A DNA stretch of 64,000 bases, from the NCBI GenBank assembly GCA_052426225.1, contig JBNJNM010000012.1, positions 930,001 to 994,000 on the forward strand, in the 5' to 3' direction. Each line of letters starts with the position of its first letter. Position 1 is the stretch's first letter. Source of the stretch: Zancudomyces culisetae HAW-14-8. Its lineage: Eukaryota; Fungi; Kickxellomycota. This document shows positions 44,585 to 57,400 of the stretch, piece after piece. The position numbers and the translations under genes are program-made. The notes beneath the pieces are model-generated. The model was not told the DNA's origin, did no database searches, and saw nothing but the letters and a program-made list of their open reading frames with translations.

Positions 44585-47500
44585 ATGTCAGGTCTGATGC
44601 AGCAACTCCGTTCAGCCATCATCCAACAGTTCAAGGATGAGGGACGCTATTCTTCCGACAATGACCGTTCAGAAGTATCCAATATGGATATAGAACCGGA
44701 ACAGTCACAGGATCCCTTCCATGAACTAGGGGAGATAGTTAAGCAGGAGTTTCTGACTATCAGAAACCCGACCAAAGAACGTGACCTACCCGGTCACGTC
44801 CGACATTATGAATATTATTTGTACTATATTTCTTTGTTAGTGACATTTGTTGTCGGATATAGAAATCTATTTTATAGCAAAATCTAGGGACATTATACTT
44901 TTTAAAATATGATAAAGTTATATTAAAATTTATGTTACTAATGCTTTATTACCAAATAACGTTTATTAGCCGTAAAATATATTACAATAATTATGTATAA
45001 TAAAACAACAAACATGATTAAATATATCCGAAAAATTAAGTAATATATATACAAATTTATTAAACTTACAAATACATTTAAATAGTCGCAACAGACAAAT
45101 TTATTAATATACAATGAGTTTCAAAAATGTCTCAAAATAATGATAATAATTTTCAAAGTGTAATATCTCGCTCAATAAAATCCAGAAATTAGATAATTTT
45201 ATATAATATAATGCACAATTGGTCTAATTTAATTTATATAATTAGTATTATTATTGGTTAAAAATTCATTATAAAATTATAAACTGAAAAAATTATAAAA
45301 ATGAGACAATTTTGGAAATTTTTCAAAAAAAAACTTTAAAATTCTGTCCACCTTCCTTTAGACTTAATAACTGCCTCAACTCTTTTGGGCATACTATCTA
45401 TAAGACCAAGTATTGTTTCCACTGAAATTAAATTCCATTCCGTTTCTATTCGCTCCCATAATTCGATCATCCCGGACGGAGGTTTACTGTATCTATTTAG
45501 GCGTCTTTTGATGATTGCCCATATAGTTTCGATTGGGTTTAAGTCTGGAAATTGTGGTGGCCAGTCCAATGTATTATATTCCTGGTTTTCAAGCCAGCTG
45601 GTAACTAACTTTGCGGTATGTTTAGGATCATTGTCATGTTGAAATATTATTGACTTGGGATCCAACTTGTAGTACTTATTGTATTGCTAAGCTCGTCTTT
45701 TAAAATGTTTAAATAACCTTCCTTGTTTAACATTCCTTCTATTCGGCACATGTAGCCAGTTCCAAATGCTGTGATGCATCCTCATATCATCAATAATACT
45801 CCACCGTGTTTTACGGTCTGGTTAATATTGTGCGGCTGTAGACTCACACCATCACGAACCCAAGTCCATTCATTTCCATCAGATCCAAATCGGTTGATTT
45901 TAGTTTTGTCGGACCTTAATACTTGTCTCCAATCATTAGTAGTCCTGTGGCGATGAGATTTTGCGAATCTCAACCTTTTTGCAATATTTTTAAGGCTCAG
46001 TTTCGGTTTGGAGGATTTTTTTTTCAACGGCTTTTAGATCATTAAATGCCCTATATATTGTAGACTTACTAGCACTAACAATAATATCGATTTCTAACTA
46101 CTTTTGTACCGAAGTTCAGATCGATAATCTCCAGATAATATCATCCTAGTACATATTCGCTTGCTTTGGGGTGAAAGCTTCGCTGGACGACCGCGTTTAT
46201 TAGCCGGTAAATTGATATTCATTGCTGCTTTTATTCTGTATATTGTTGCTTTACTAACTCCATTTTCTATAATGATTTGGTAAATGCTTCTGCCTTCAAG
46301 TAACGCGTTTTTAATATCCAGTTTACGTTGTTCAGATATCATTTTTTAAAATATTATTATTGTGATTAGTATAACAATTATATATATTATTATATGTAAA
46401 AGTTTAAAAATTAATAAGTTTGAATTCATAAAGTTATGATAGTTTAAATTTTTTGTTGAAAAATTCCCAAAATTGTCTCATTTTTAAAATTTTTTCGATA
46501 TAAAATTTCATAATGAATTTTTATCCAATTAATTTACAGTTTATATAAAATTAACATATAAAATTTGTGCATTTTATAATATAAAAAACATATAATTTCT
46601 GGATATTATTGAGCGAGATATTACACTTTGAAAATTATTATCAATATTTTGAGACATTTTTGAAACTCACTGTATATATTATGAAAAAGTACTGAAGCCA
46701 GTCCTCAAGTATGCGAGAATTAAGGGGATACTGTTGACATCCTATCTCGATGATATGCTTATAATGGGCGAGTTGAAGGACTATGCGCCAGAAACATGGA
46801 GCTGGTACACAAAAAACTGTCAATGTGGGATTTTTAGTCAAGAAGTCAAAGTCCTCACTAATCCCAAGTCAATCGCTGGACCATCTGAGTAAAAATATAG
46901 ACACTAGAGTGATGAGCTTGAGTGTCTCAAAAACCAAGTTTCGAGACCTAATGAAATAGGCCGAGAAGTTAGTCAGCAAGGGTATGACCACACTCAGAAA
47001 TCTAGGATCGTTCACTGATCAGGCTCAGTCACTCTCAGCAGCTCTGCTTCCTGGTCGTCTAATGCTCAGGCGCCTCCAGGAACTCAAAATCAGAGGCTTG
47101 AAGTAGTTTGGAGACTGGAATTCAATGATCCAGATAACCGCACCCACATTGGAGAACCTTTAGAGGTGGAAACTCAGCTGAGACAATGGAATGGTCGGTC
47201 ATTTCTTCCAAAAGTACCGGCAAAGGAAGTATTCACGGATGCAAGCGACTTGGGATGGGGCATTGTCACGGACAGGAAGACATACAGCGGTATCTGGAGC
47301 ACGGAGGAAGCCAAAGATACAATCAATGTAAGGGAATTGAGGATAGTCTTGTGGGCATTGAAGCTCCCAGAGGTAGTGGGGAGAAGTATATTATTGTATT
47401 GCGACAACAATGCAACAATAGTTTACATCAAGAATCAAGGAGGTACCAGGTCGCCGAAGCTATTGGAGATAGCAGAGAGGGCTTATAGCCATTATCTAAG

Positions 47501-49100
47501 CACAGGGACTCGTCCACAGATTGACTACATTCCGTCAGAAATCAATCCGGCGGATTCCCCGTCAAGGCTCTCAGCACAAGTCGAGTGGAAGCTGTCGAAT
47601 CAGATGTTCACCAGGATTGTTCGAATGTTCGGTCCCCACGACATCGATCTGTTTGCATCTCAACAGAACCGGAAGACCCCGAGGTACATGAACTGGTATC
47701 CGGACCCCAAGCAGTAGCAACGAACGCTCTGCTACACCATTGGAATGTATGGAACTATGCATACATCTGTCCCCCCTGGAATCTGATCCTTCAGATAATC
47801 CAGAAGATCCGGAGGAAGAAACTGAAAGTGACTCTGATCACTCCCTACTGGAAGTCGGGCCTGTGGTTCCCAGGCCTGATGAGTTTATCAGTTGCGACAC
47901 CATTGCTGGTTCCTGCGAGGGAGGTACTAGCAGACCCCTGAAGCGGAAAGCGATTGATGAACAAAAACAAGAGTTGAAGCTCGCCGCGTGGAGATTAAGC
48001 GGGCACGGTATGTCAAGAAGGGTTTAAACGACAACATCGTAGCTCTTTTTACTGAAAAACAACGTGTCTCCCACTTAGATACACATTACTCCCGTATCTA
48101 TGAAAGTTCATTAAGTTTTGCGATGAACGTGGAGTATCTGCATCCGATTTCTCTATAGTAGACCTCATCAACTACTTGTGTGACGGTCGCACTAACTAGA
48201 ACGAGTCATACAACACGTTTAAGTTCTACTGTTCAGCTGTCCTGAACATATCCTATTTTAGGGACTTCAATGTGAACGATACTCTTTATAAGGAGTGTGT
48301 TAAACCTTAACAGCTAAGAAAATATTTAATCTAAACTCTTAAAACTATGATTTATCATTTTTAGTATCAACTCTAGTATTATGGGGCATCAACGACACTC
48401 TTTCTCTCGAAAACCCGACTCGGAATCTTTGTTTTCTGCTGGCGATATGCGGTTTCAAGCGTCCCAGCGATATCGAAAGGATCGACAACTCGAAGACTAC
48501 TATGACTAACGACATACTTAAGCTTGTTGTTATCCAGCACAAAGAGAAGCGTATGAGCTTACTACTACCAAGTCGGGATCTATTCACAAGCATCCAGTTG
48601 ACTACATGTGTCCCGTTGCAACTTATTCTAGCTAAAAATATCATTATATTTCATTCGCATTCAAAATCGCATATCAACACCTAAGAAAATAACATAATAA
48701 ACATTGATTATTTAATTTGAAACCAAAAGAATGAGAATAGAAATATTGTACTCAAAGGATAAGCAATCACATAAACTAATTTATAAATCTATTAAATTTA
48801 GCTCCAGATTGTATAATCCGAAGGCTAGGATACTTAATTTGACAGTAGCAACAGAAGCGGGACTAATCTGAACGACATAATATCATATGGTTATGGTCAT
48901 CACAGGTCATATTCAATTCAGACTATCGTTTAACGCGTATATCTAGTATTAATTTAATCTAATGGATTTTATATCTAATCTGAAAAATTTTATAGATATA
49001 ACTCATCTGAAGTTCAATTAAAGTTTGATCAAGTACAATTAAACTAATAATAATTGATGAAGTAGAAAAATACGCTAGATCCACACCTACCCACCCATTA
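44585..49100 (+). mobile_element. Decayed DIRS-like tyrosine-recombinase retrotransposon
   Basis: RT TSYLDDMLIM (~46737-46770); RNase H FTDASDLGWG...INVREL...CDN...NPADSPSR; methyltransferase-like DIDLFAS...CPPWNLI...ITPYW; YR-like FLLAICGFKRPSDI. The 44585 ORF as gag remnant and both ends are tentative. Confidence 0.8.
45112..46672 (-). mobile_element. Tc1-like DNA transposon, copy 2 (same family as 17160-18727), transposase disrupted
   Basis: TA-flanked, same termini and long TIRs; transposase fragments at 45336-45665, 45782-46027 and 46094-46342. Confidence 0.93.
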
Positions 49101-49369
49101 TATATTCAAAAATATTTATAGTTTAAAAAAGCAAAAATCTTAGCCAACGTAATTCTTTAATATTTATATACAATTTGATTACCTATGTTATTAATTTATA
49201 ATTTTGTCATATATTTAGAGTATTTTTCAACTATAAAAATTATATTTGATATCGAGATAATTATTTAATATAGTTTATAATATTTTTAAGTATAGCTCTC
49301 TGACTTCACCTATATATTCTATAATTTTTATTCGGATGATCTGATGGTATAAATTAATTCTCATTCCAC

Positions 49370-50600
49370 TTGTGATGTACACAATAGTTCAAACCGTAAT
49401 CAAGTTCAAATATGATGTCGAAAGTATCCCAATTGATACTTGGATTGTGCTTTTTTAACCATGGCATGCCTAAAATCACATGACCACGAACAGATTGAAT
49501 TGGATGTAAGTTAATGATTCTGTGTGACCATTACCGATTGAAACTTTGATATTATTGTATACATGGTTAATACCAGTTGTACTAAGCATGTTACCATCAA
49601 TAGATTCAATTCTGAATGGTGTATTTAGCATTTTTGGTGGAAGATTTAACTTTTTTGCAGTGGTTGAGTCAATAAAATTTTCAGAGGAGCCTGAATCAAT
49701 AAGACATTTTAAAGAGACAAATTCTTTATTATAAGTTAACAGTTTATTATTGACAACTGGTCTATTAACTGTAAATAAATTGTTGTCAGAGTCGCAAAAA
49801 ATGTTATCCAAAACTAACTTCCGCACTAGTTTTGGATGTCCCTTTTAAATCCGTAACTTTTGCCTTGCACTGAGCAATATAGTGACCCTTTTTTTCACAC
49901 TTAAAACATGTTCTGCTGTTATTAATAGTTGTTTTGCTATGTTTTACTTCAATACTGTCTACTTCCATAGCTTCTGGTTCATTTTTAATTTGCCCAAAAC
50001 GTTTATACCCATGATTAAAATTGATATTGCTGGGGGTGTTAGAGTTGCGAAAATTATTATTAGAGTTGACTGTATTGTTATTAAACGCAATAAACCTATT
50101 TTCGATTTCACTAGTAGTTTGTATAAGCTCATCCAAGATGTGTGGGATATGTGTCATAATTAAATATTGATGTATTTGTCTTTTTAACCCCCTTTGATAT
50201 TGGTCCATTAGAGAGATATCATCAAATCCAGCTCCACGAGCAAGCATTTTAAAATCAGTAGCGTATTCAATAATTGATCAGGTACCTTGATAACCTTTCT
50301 AATTTTGTTTGCCATTTATTTGGTAACTGGGGTCGGAAATACTAGCACTGAAATATTCGTAAAATCTTGCAAAATTCTGCAAATATTCACTATTACCGCG
50401 AATTAAATCTTGAAACCACATAGCAGCTGGTCCTTCCAGATGTGCCCCAATATAGACAATTTTAGATTTATCAGTTGTGAATACATTTTCATTGGCCCAA
50501 ACTATAATTCAAGGCTTGCAACAAAATAATTGTATGACTCCGGATTACCATCAATTTTTTGATATCTGGTAACTTGATTAGATTAAAATTTTGAATATTC
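49370..50600 (-). pseudogene. Gag-protease relic of a chromovirus-like Gypsy element
   Basis: PEAMEVD, CFKCEKKGHYIAQC, LIDSGSSENFID; frameshifted; RT and LTRs not seen. Confidence 0.75.
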
Positions 50601-51277
50601 ACCGCACTCATTTTAATTAATGTTTATAGCTATGTTTAGACTAATTATGAATTTTTATATTAATTTAATTATTCGTAATAAATTTTCGAAGTTTAACAAT
50701 ATTTTAGATACCAATATTATACACAATAATAATGGATTAACAAACTATCACACCGTTAGATTTTGAAAGCTATTAATTAAATGTTTATTTTAACACACAA
50801 TATTAATAATATTTAACTAATAATTCTTTCTATGTATTTACGAGATTGTTAAACAATTTGTTCATCAAATGAAAATGTATACCATTTTTTTCAACTAAGC
50901 TTGTAAAAATTTAATAATGATATAACAACCATTTTATTAAAATATTATCTAATAACTTGTTTTATTAATTTACATTTTTTTTAAAATGTAAAATTTAATA
51001 TTGATTAATACATGAGATCGTAACAACTACACCCTACCTCACTCGATGCTAAATACGTATTACATTTTCTCAGTTTGAGAATGTGGTAACTTTAAATGAA
51101 GACAATTATGAAACTATTGTTATTATACGTCTATATTATATCAAAACGATTTTTATTAGTTAAACAGGTTGTAATTCAAAAGTATATCAGCTAGGCAAAT
51201 GCTAATGAGAAATTTCTAAATAATAATAGTATAAATTTAATGGGTGTTAGATGTCACCGGATTGACCATAACATATA

Positions 51278-52868
51278 TTTAATCTCAAAATATTGTTCAA
51301 ATGATATGATGTTCATAATTAAAAAATTATATCTCATGAATACATATCTTTTCACATTAAAATTAAAAAAATTATACATCTATATACAATGTGTAACCTA
51401 ATAATTAAAAAGAATACTTGAAACAGCCAATCAAATGCGTTAAAATATTTGAAAAATATTTTATTAGAACAATTTTTTCGTTTAAAAATAAAATTATCAA
51501 TATTGGTGATATCTTTATCAAAATTTTAGATATATTTTAAAATATGTAATTACTCATAAAAAAATAATTATTATAAAAACATTTAATATTAATATATATA
51601 TTTTTGGTCAATTTAAATACGATGAAAAAGATCAATAATGATTATTTTGGAGTGTTATAAGCTGCTGGATAATGGATACTCATATAGCCAATTACATCAA
51701 AACTATCTATAATAAAGGAACAATCACTAACATAAAAAAAAATTAATGTTCATCAATAAAAAATTTATCTCCTGGCTGCCCAAATAAATTGACAAAAGCA
51801 AATGAGCGATTAATAATACGGAAAATTACGTCTGGACAATTTGATACAGCGACAGACGCTACTAATTTTCTCAAGGATATGGCCACGTTACTGTGGTTCC
51901 TCAAACAGTGCGGAATAGCTTGAAAAAAAGTGGTTTAAGTGCAAAGCCTAAGGTCAAAAAACCTATGCTAAAATTAGGCCATATTAAACAACGACTTGCA
52001 TTTGCTAAAAAATATCAGCATTGGACTGTAGAAGACTGGAAACGTGTGATATGGTCTGACGAGACTAAAATTAACAGATTTGGGTCAGATGGGCGCATGT
52101 GGTGCTGGATAAAACAAGGGAGCCAGTTAAATCCGAACCATGTTATAAAAACTATAAAACATGGTGGAGGTTCAATCATGATATGGGGATGCATGACTTC
52201 AGAAGGCCCAGGATATCTTACTAAAATTGATTGCGGACTTAATGCAGAAATGTACTGTGATATTCTGAAGACGAACTGGTAAAATCAATGGAGTGGTACG
52301 ACTTAGACAGGGAAAGTACAATTTTTCAGATGATATCGATTCAAAACACACCGCGGAAATTACTAAAGAATGGTTGCAAACTAACCCAATTCAGGCGCTT
52401 GACTGGCCAGCGCAGTCACCTGACCTAAATTCAATTGAACTTCTATAGGTCAGTTTGAAAAGACGGCTATCAAATCACGAAAATGCACCAAAAGGGATAA
52501 ACAAACTTTGGGACCGCGTACAAGACGAGTGGAAAAAGATACATGTGACGAGTGATTGTCGCTAATCAGTAGCATGCCATCAAGATTAATGCTGTATTGA
52601 AAGCCAGAAGTGGATATACTAAATACTTGTTTAATTAAGTTTAATAATTTTTTTAATAAAAGCAAAAAAATTGTTCAAATAAAATATTATTATAAAAAGT
52701 ATAACTACAGTTGATTGGCTGGTTCAAGCAATCACAAATTTTGATAGATAATACATGGTATATTAATAAATAATAATTGTAATTTAAATAGTGATACGAT
52801 ATAATATTCGTGAGATATACTAATTTTAGAATGAACATTAAAAATACTTAACAATTTTTGAGACACTG
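51278..52868 (+). mobile_element. Decayed Tc1-like transposon, second family
   Basis: WSDETKINRFGSDG, KHGGGSIMIWGC, WPAQSPDLNSIE; ~200-bp degenerate inverted repeats; right end ...GAGACACTG, left end eroded. Confidence 0.85.
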
Positions 52869-54241
52869 AATATATTGCTTAGTTGCTAATACTTTTATAT
52901 TAATGATAATTATTTTAGATAATTTTACATAACGCTAAAATAAAAATTATTATAATAAATGAAACTTTGTATATAGTTGATGTATAATATTAAGTCAAAT
53001 GTTAGCTGATAAAATAAATCTCAGTAATTGTATAAGCATTACTTAAAATTTTGGCATAGTACGGGTTATGATATAAATATTTGGTCTTGGGACATTTTGT
53101 GTGATTATAGCCAATACTTTAGATTAAAATTTATTATGAATTATTAGTATTAATCTCATAAAAAATACTAGATAATTTATATTTTCAATTAATTCAATTT
53201 TAATAATTATAAGTATATCTGTTAAATAGATAATTGAGCCAATACAATTTTTCAATCACAGTATAATAAATTTACTATCTAAACAATAAATGTATATAAT
53301 ATCACTTTTATAGCTATCTATGTTATCTATAATTTAGCTGTCATATTAATTTAGTTATTTAGATTTAACCTAAATAATTGTACTAAATTAAATATAAAAT
53401 AAATTTAAATTGTATATATACAGAATTTGATGGTGCGTTTCGTATAGACAGAATTTTACATGATATTCATGTCGCGGATCAATTAACTATTCTTGTTTGC
53501 TGACTGTATATCTATCTCGTTATATTATTTAATATGTATAGTAAATACACAGATATTATATTGAAATTATAGACTAATTGAAATAGTAACATTAAAACCA
53601 TTTTTTAAATTTTTGCAGATGAAAGTTTATGAATTTATTTAAATTTATCTTGTTCATTCGAGTTCAATTAATATTACTTAATATCGTTATACATTTAATC
53701 GATTTTGCTATTATATAAAAATATATTATATAGTTGATATTATTATGAACCTGAAATATTAGCTTCTTATGTGATTAGGTAAGTTTAATTATACTGATTA
53801 TGTGATTAAACTCAGGTCCGGATCTCTTCAAATATTTTTATTTCAGTATAGTATGTTGTATAATATATATATTGTATAATAAATAAAAAAGATATGTAAC
53901 AATATAGTATATAAAGCTAACTTAAATAATTAAATTATAAAAACGGAAAAGGCAATTAATATCTGCCCTGTTATAGAAAAGGATACTTGTTATTTGTCCA
54001 CGATCGAATTTTTCACTGATCGTACTGCGTTCAAACGAAGTAAAATGGTATTATATTACTGATATAGTTATAAATACATTAATGGATATGTTCGCAATTG
54101 AATCAAAATTGATTTGTTCGATAATGGCATAATTTCATTATGCAACTTATTTCAGATCAGTAATTGCGTATGATCGCTGTCATAATTTATATTGCCGAAA
54201 TCACAATATAATGCAAAAATATAAAATTATTAATGTTAAAA

Positions 54242-54314
54242 TAGAGCTGTTGGGGATCGAACCCAAGACCTTCTGCGTGTGAAGCAGACGTGATAGCCAC
54301 TACACCACAGCTCT
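54242..54314 (-). tRNA. tRNA-Val (anticodon CAC)
   Basis: AGAGCTG TG GTGT AGTGGCT ATCAC G TCTGC TT-CAC-AC GCAGA AGGTC TTGGG TTCGATC CCCAA CAGCTCT A, followed directly by TTTT; A1-U72 pair. Confidence 0.93.
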
Positions 54315-54317
54315 AAT

Positions 54318-54399
54318 CGTCACCTGCAGGATTCGAACCTGCGCTCCCAGAGGGAAATGGCTTAGCAGGCCACCGCGTTAACCACTCCGCCAAAGTGAC
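54318..54399 (-). tRNA. tRNA-Ser (anticodon GCT)
   Basis: GTCACTT TG GCG GAGTGGTTAA CGC G GTGGC CT-GCT-AA GCCAT T TCCC TCT GGGA GC GCAGG TTCGAAT CCTGC AGGTGAC G; long variable arm, G discriminator. Confidence 0.96.
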
Positions 54400-54405
54400 C
54401 TATGT

Positions 54406-57400
54406 TGTCAGATACTAACGTTTTTATGCTAGTATCTCTTATATTTAATACTACTATGCTAAATATAAAACTATGTTATTCTATTTTTAAATAATACTAT
54501 GTTCTATTTCAGACCTAAGTTGTATATCTTTTTATTCCTAAATAAACTATTTATTGTGTAACATTTATAAAAAACTAACTAAAAAACTCTTATATAAGAT
54601 ACTACTAAAAAATTATATTTAAAAACGAAATGTTATTAGAAAAAATCACTAGGATAAAAAAAACTAATGCATTTCGGATTCGTAACCAGTTACGAATCAA
54701 TTGTCAATTTGCTATATGACAGCTCCCCCCTTTTAAGCGCGGATGCCCTCATTCCGCCGGGACTGCTTAAATCGCTTCAACTTAGTCTTCAGTGTCGTTG
54801 TTACATCCGGAATCATATAGTTGCTGGTGTGGTACTTCTTAAGCATATCTCCATGAGCTAATTCTCTGTTACCTTCTTGATCACTTATAACATACGCACC
54901 CTTGCTTAAAGCTCTTTCAACCGTGTAGGGGCCTTCCCAATAATGTTCGAGTTTTGACCTCTCCATGTCTACCAACTTAAGAACCTTCTCACCTACCTCA
55001 AACCTATGGTACGTGACACCCTTGTTATACCTTGTTGCCTGTGAACTTTTGGCTTCGATAGAACTCTTATGAGCCAGATTTCTCAACACAGGTAAGTCGT
55101 CATTTATCTGTTTCACCCTGCTTAAAATCAATTCCTCTACGTTTTCAATTTCTCCATTGTACTTCCATGTAGTGGGTAGTGAAAGCTCAACGCCATACAG
55201 CATCTCCGCCGGACTGTATCCAATCGATTTATTTCTCAAAGTTCGTATTACCAGTAGAGTTTTCCATAGGTAGGCATCCCACTTCTGTTTATCATTCCGA
55301 CATTGCTTAATCAATACATTCATGAGAGTTTGGTTCAGTCGTTCCGTCTGACCATTACTCTGAGGCCTGTACGAGGTCGTGGGAGTGTGGTGTATACCCA
55401 ACCACTCGTACACTTGAGTCGCACATTCAGATAGGAAGCTGGACCCACGGTCACTAATCAGTTGTTGAGGTACTCCAAATGGTGCTATGACCTCATTTAT
55501 AAGGAAATTTATTACGGTGTTACTTTGTATATTGGGTACAGCTAATGCAATAGGCCATTTCGTGAACAGGTCTATAGCCGTCAAGATGAACCTGTTTCCA
55601 CTAGCGGAAATCGGTGCTATTGGCCCGATTGCGTCAATTCCGACTATCTGGAAAGGTTTCGTCGTAACTATTGGAACCAGTGGATGCCTTTTACTTTTAC
55701 TACCCTTGTATAATTGGCATACCGGGCAACACTTTACGATTTCCTTGACCTCTCTATATATATTCCTACTGGTATACCTCTGTGATACACGCAACCAGGT
55801 GTTTTCTATGCCTTCGTGCCCTTCGTTGTGTATTGACTCAACTACTTGGCGGATATTTCCTCGATGCAAAACCTCTTTCAAACATCCTTTTACTTCTTTC
55901 ATTAGTTTACCCTTATCGATTTTATATAGTTTAGATCTTCTCTTTAGCCTTTCTTTGTACTCCACATCTATATTGTCTGGTAACTTCTTTTCCGTAAGGT
56001 ACTGTTTTATATCTTCGTATTCTAAAATTTCCATGGCAAACACGTCGAGCTCTACATCATCCTGTTCATTCTCATTCTCAGTAACTAGTCGAGACAGAGC
56101 ATCGGCTGGGTTGATAATTCCGGGTAAATGCTCTATGGTATAATCAAAACTACGTAGGACCATAGCTTAGCGTGCAACACGACCTGTTATATCTGGGCTA
56201 TTGAACAATTGGATTAACGACTTGTGGTCGGTTCTGATTCTGAACTTTCTACCCCATACGTAGAATTTGAACTTTTTAACTGACCAAACCACGGCCAAGC
56301 CTTCCAAATGGCTTATGGAGTAGTTTTTTTCTGCTGGAGTGGTGGTTCGGCTTGCATACTCTATTATTTTCTCACCTTCGCTGGTAATCTGAGATAACAC
56401 ACCTCCTATTCCTATTGCTGATGCGTCCGTGGTGATCACAAACTCGACGGTCCAGTCTGGATGACCTAATACCGGTGCAGAAGACATCAATACCTTCAAT
56501 TGTCTAAGCGCATCTTCCTGCTCGCCACCCCATTCCCATTTTACAGACTTCTTCAGTAGTTGCGTTAAGGGACTGGTGACCCGAGAATAGTTAGGAATAT
56601 ATTTCCTGTAATATCCAGTCATCCCTAATGCCGATTGCAATTCCTTAACGCACGTCGGAGCCTTTATATTGTTTATAGCTTCCACTTTCTTTGGGCTGGT
56701 TCCTATCCCCTTGGCGGATATTGTGTGCCCTAGATATTCGAGTTCTGTAAATCCTATAACGCATTTATCCCGGTGGAGCTGTATTTGATTCTTTTCTAAT
56801 AATGCTAAAACCTTATCCAAATCTTCCGCATGCTTATTGATTTCTTTCGAGAAGACGATAATATCGTCCACAAAAACTACGGCACACTTCCATAACAGAG
56901 GTTGTAGTACTTTTTCCATTGCGCGTTGGAACGTCGCCGGACTATTCGTTAGTCCAAACGGCATGACGTTATATTCAAAAGCGCCACTCCCTGGGATGGC
57001 AAAGGCTGTTTTTGCTTTGTCGGCGCTATGCATACGGATCTGCCAAAATCCGCTCATGGCGTCAAGGCAGCTAAACACAACCGCGCCAGACAAAGCCATG
57101 AACAGATCTGCGATAACAGGGAGCGGATAACTATCCTTTCTTGTCACCTCATTGAGCCTCCGGTAGTCGGCGCAGACGCGTATCTTTCCGTTTTTCTTAT
57201 GGACTATCACCACTGGAGCGCACCATTCAGAAGTTGTCGGTGAAATAATTCCCTGTTTTTCCATTTCCTTTAATTCATGCAATACCTGCTCTTGCTGCCT
57301 ATGCGGTATCCGGTAAGGCCTGAGCTTGATAGGTGTCTCATCTTTTACCTGGATACGATGTTCTATCACGCTAGTTTGAGTGAGCTCGGAAAGGTCGCTA

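Noticed and set aside
44835-45092. Possible solo LTR inside the DIRS relic
   Set aside because: Only loose TGTT...AACA ends, no TSD and no second copy in the window.
4072-54399. Regular ~25-kb spacing of the three tRNA loci
   Set aside because: Only two intervals, each set by recent variable insertions; likely coincidence.
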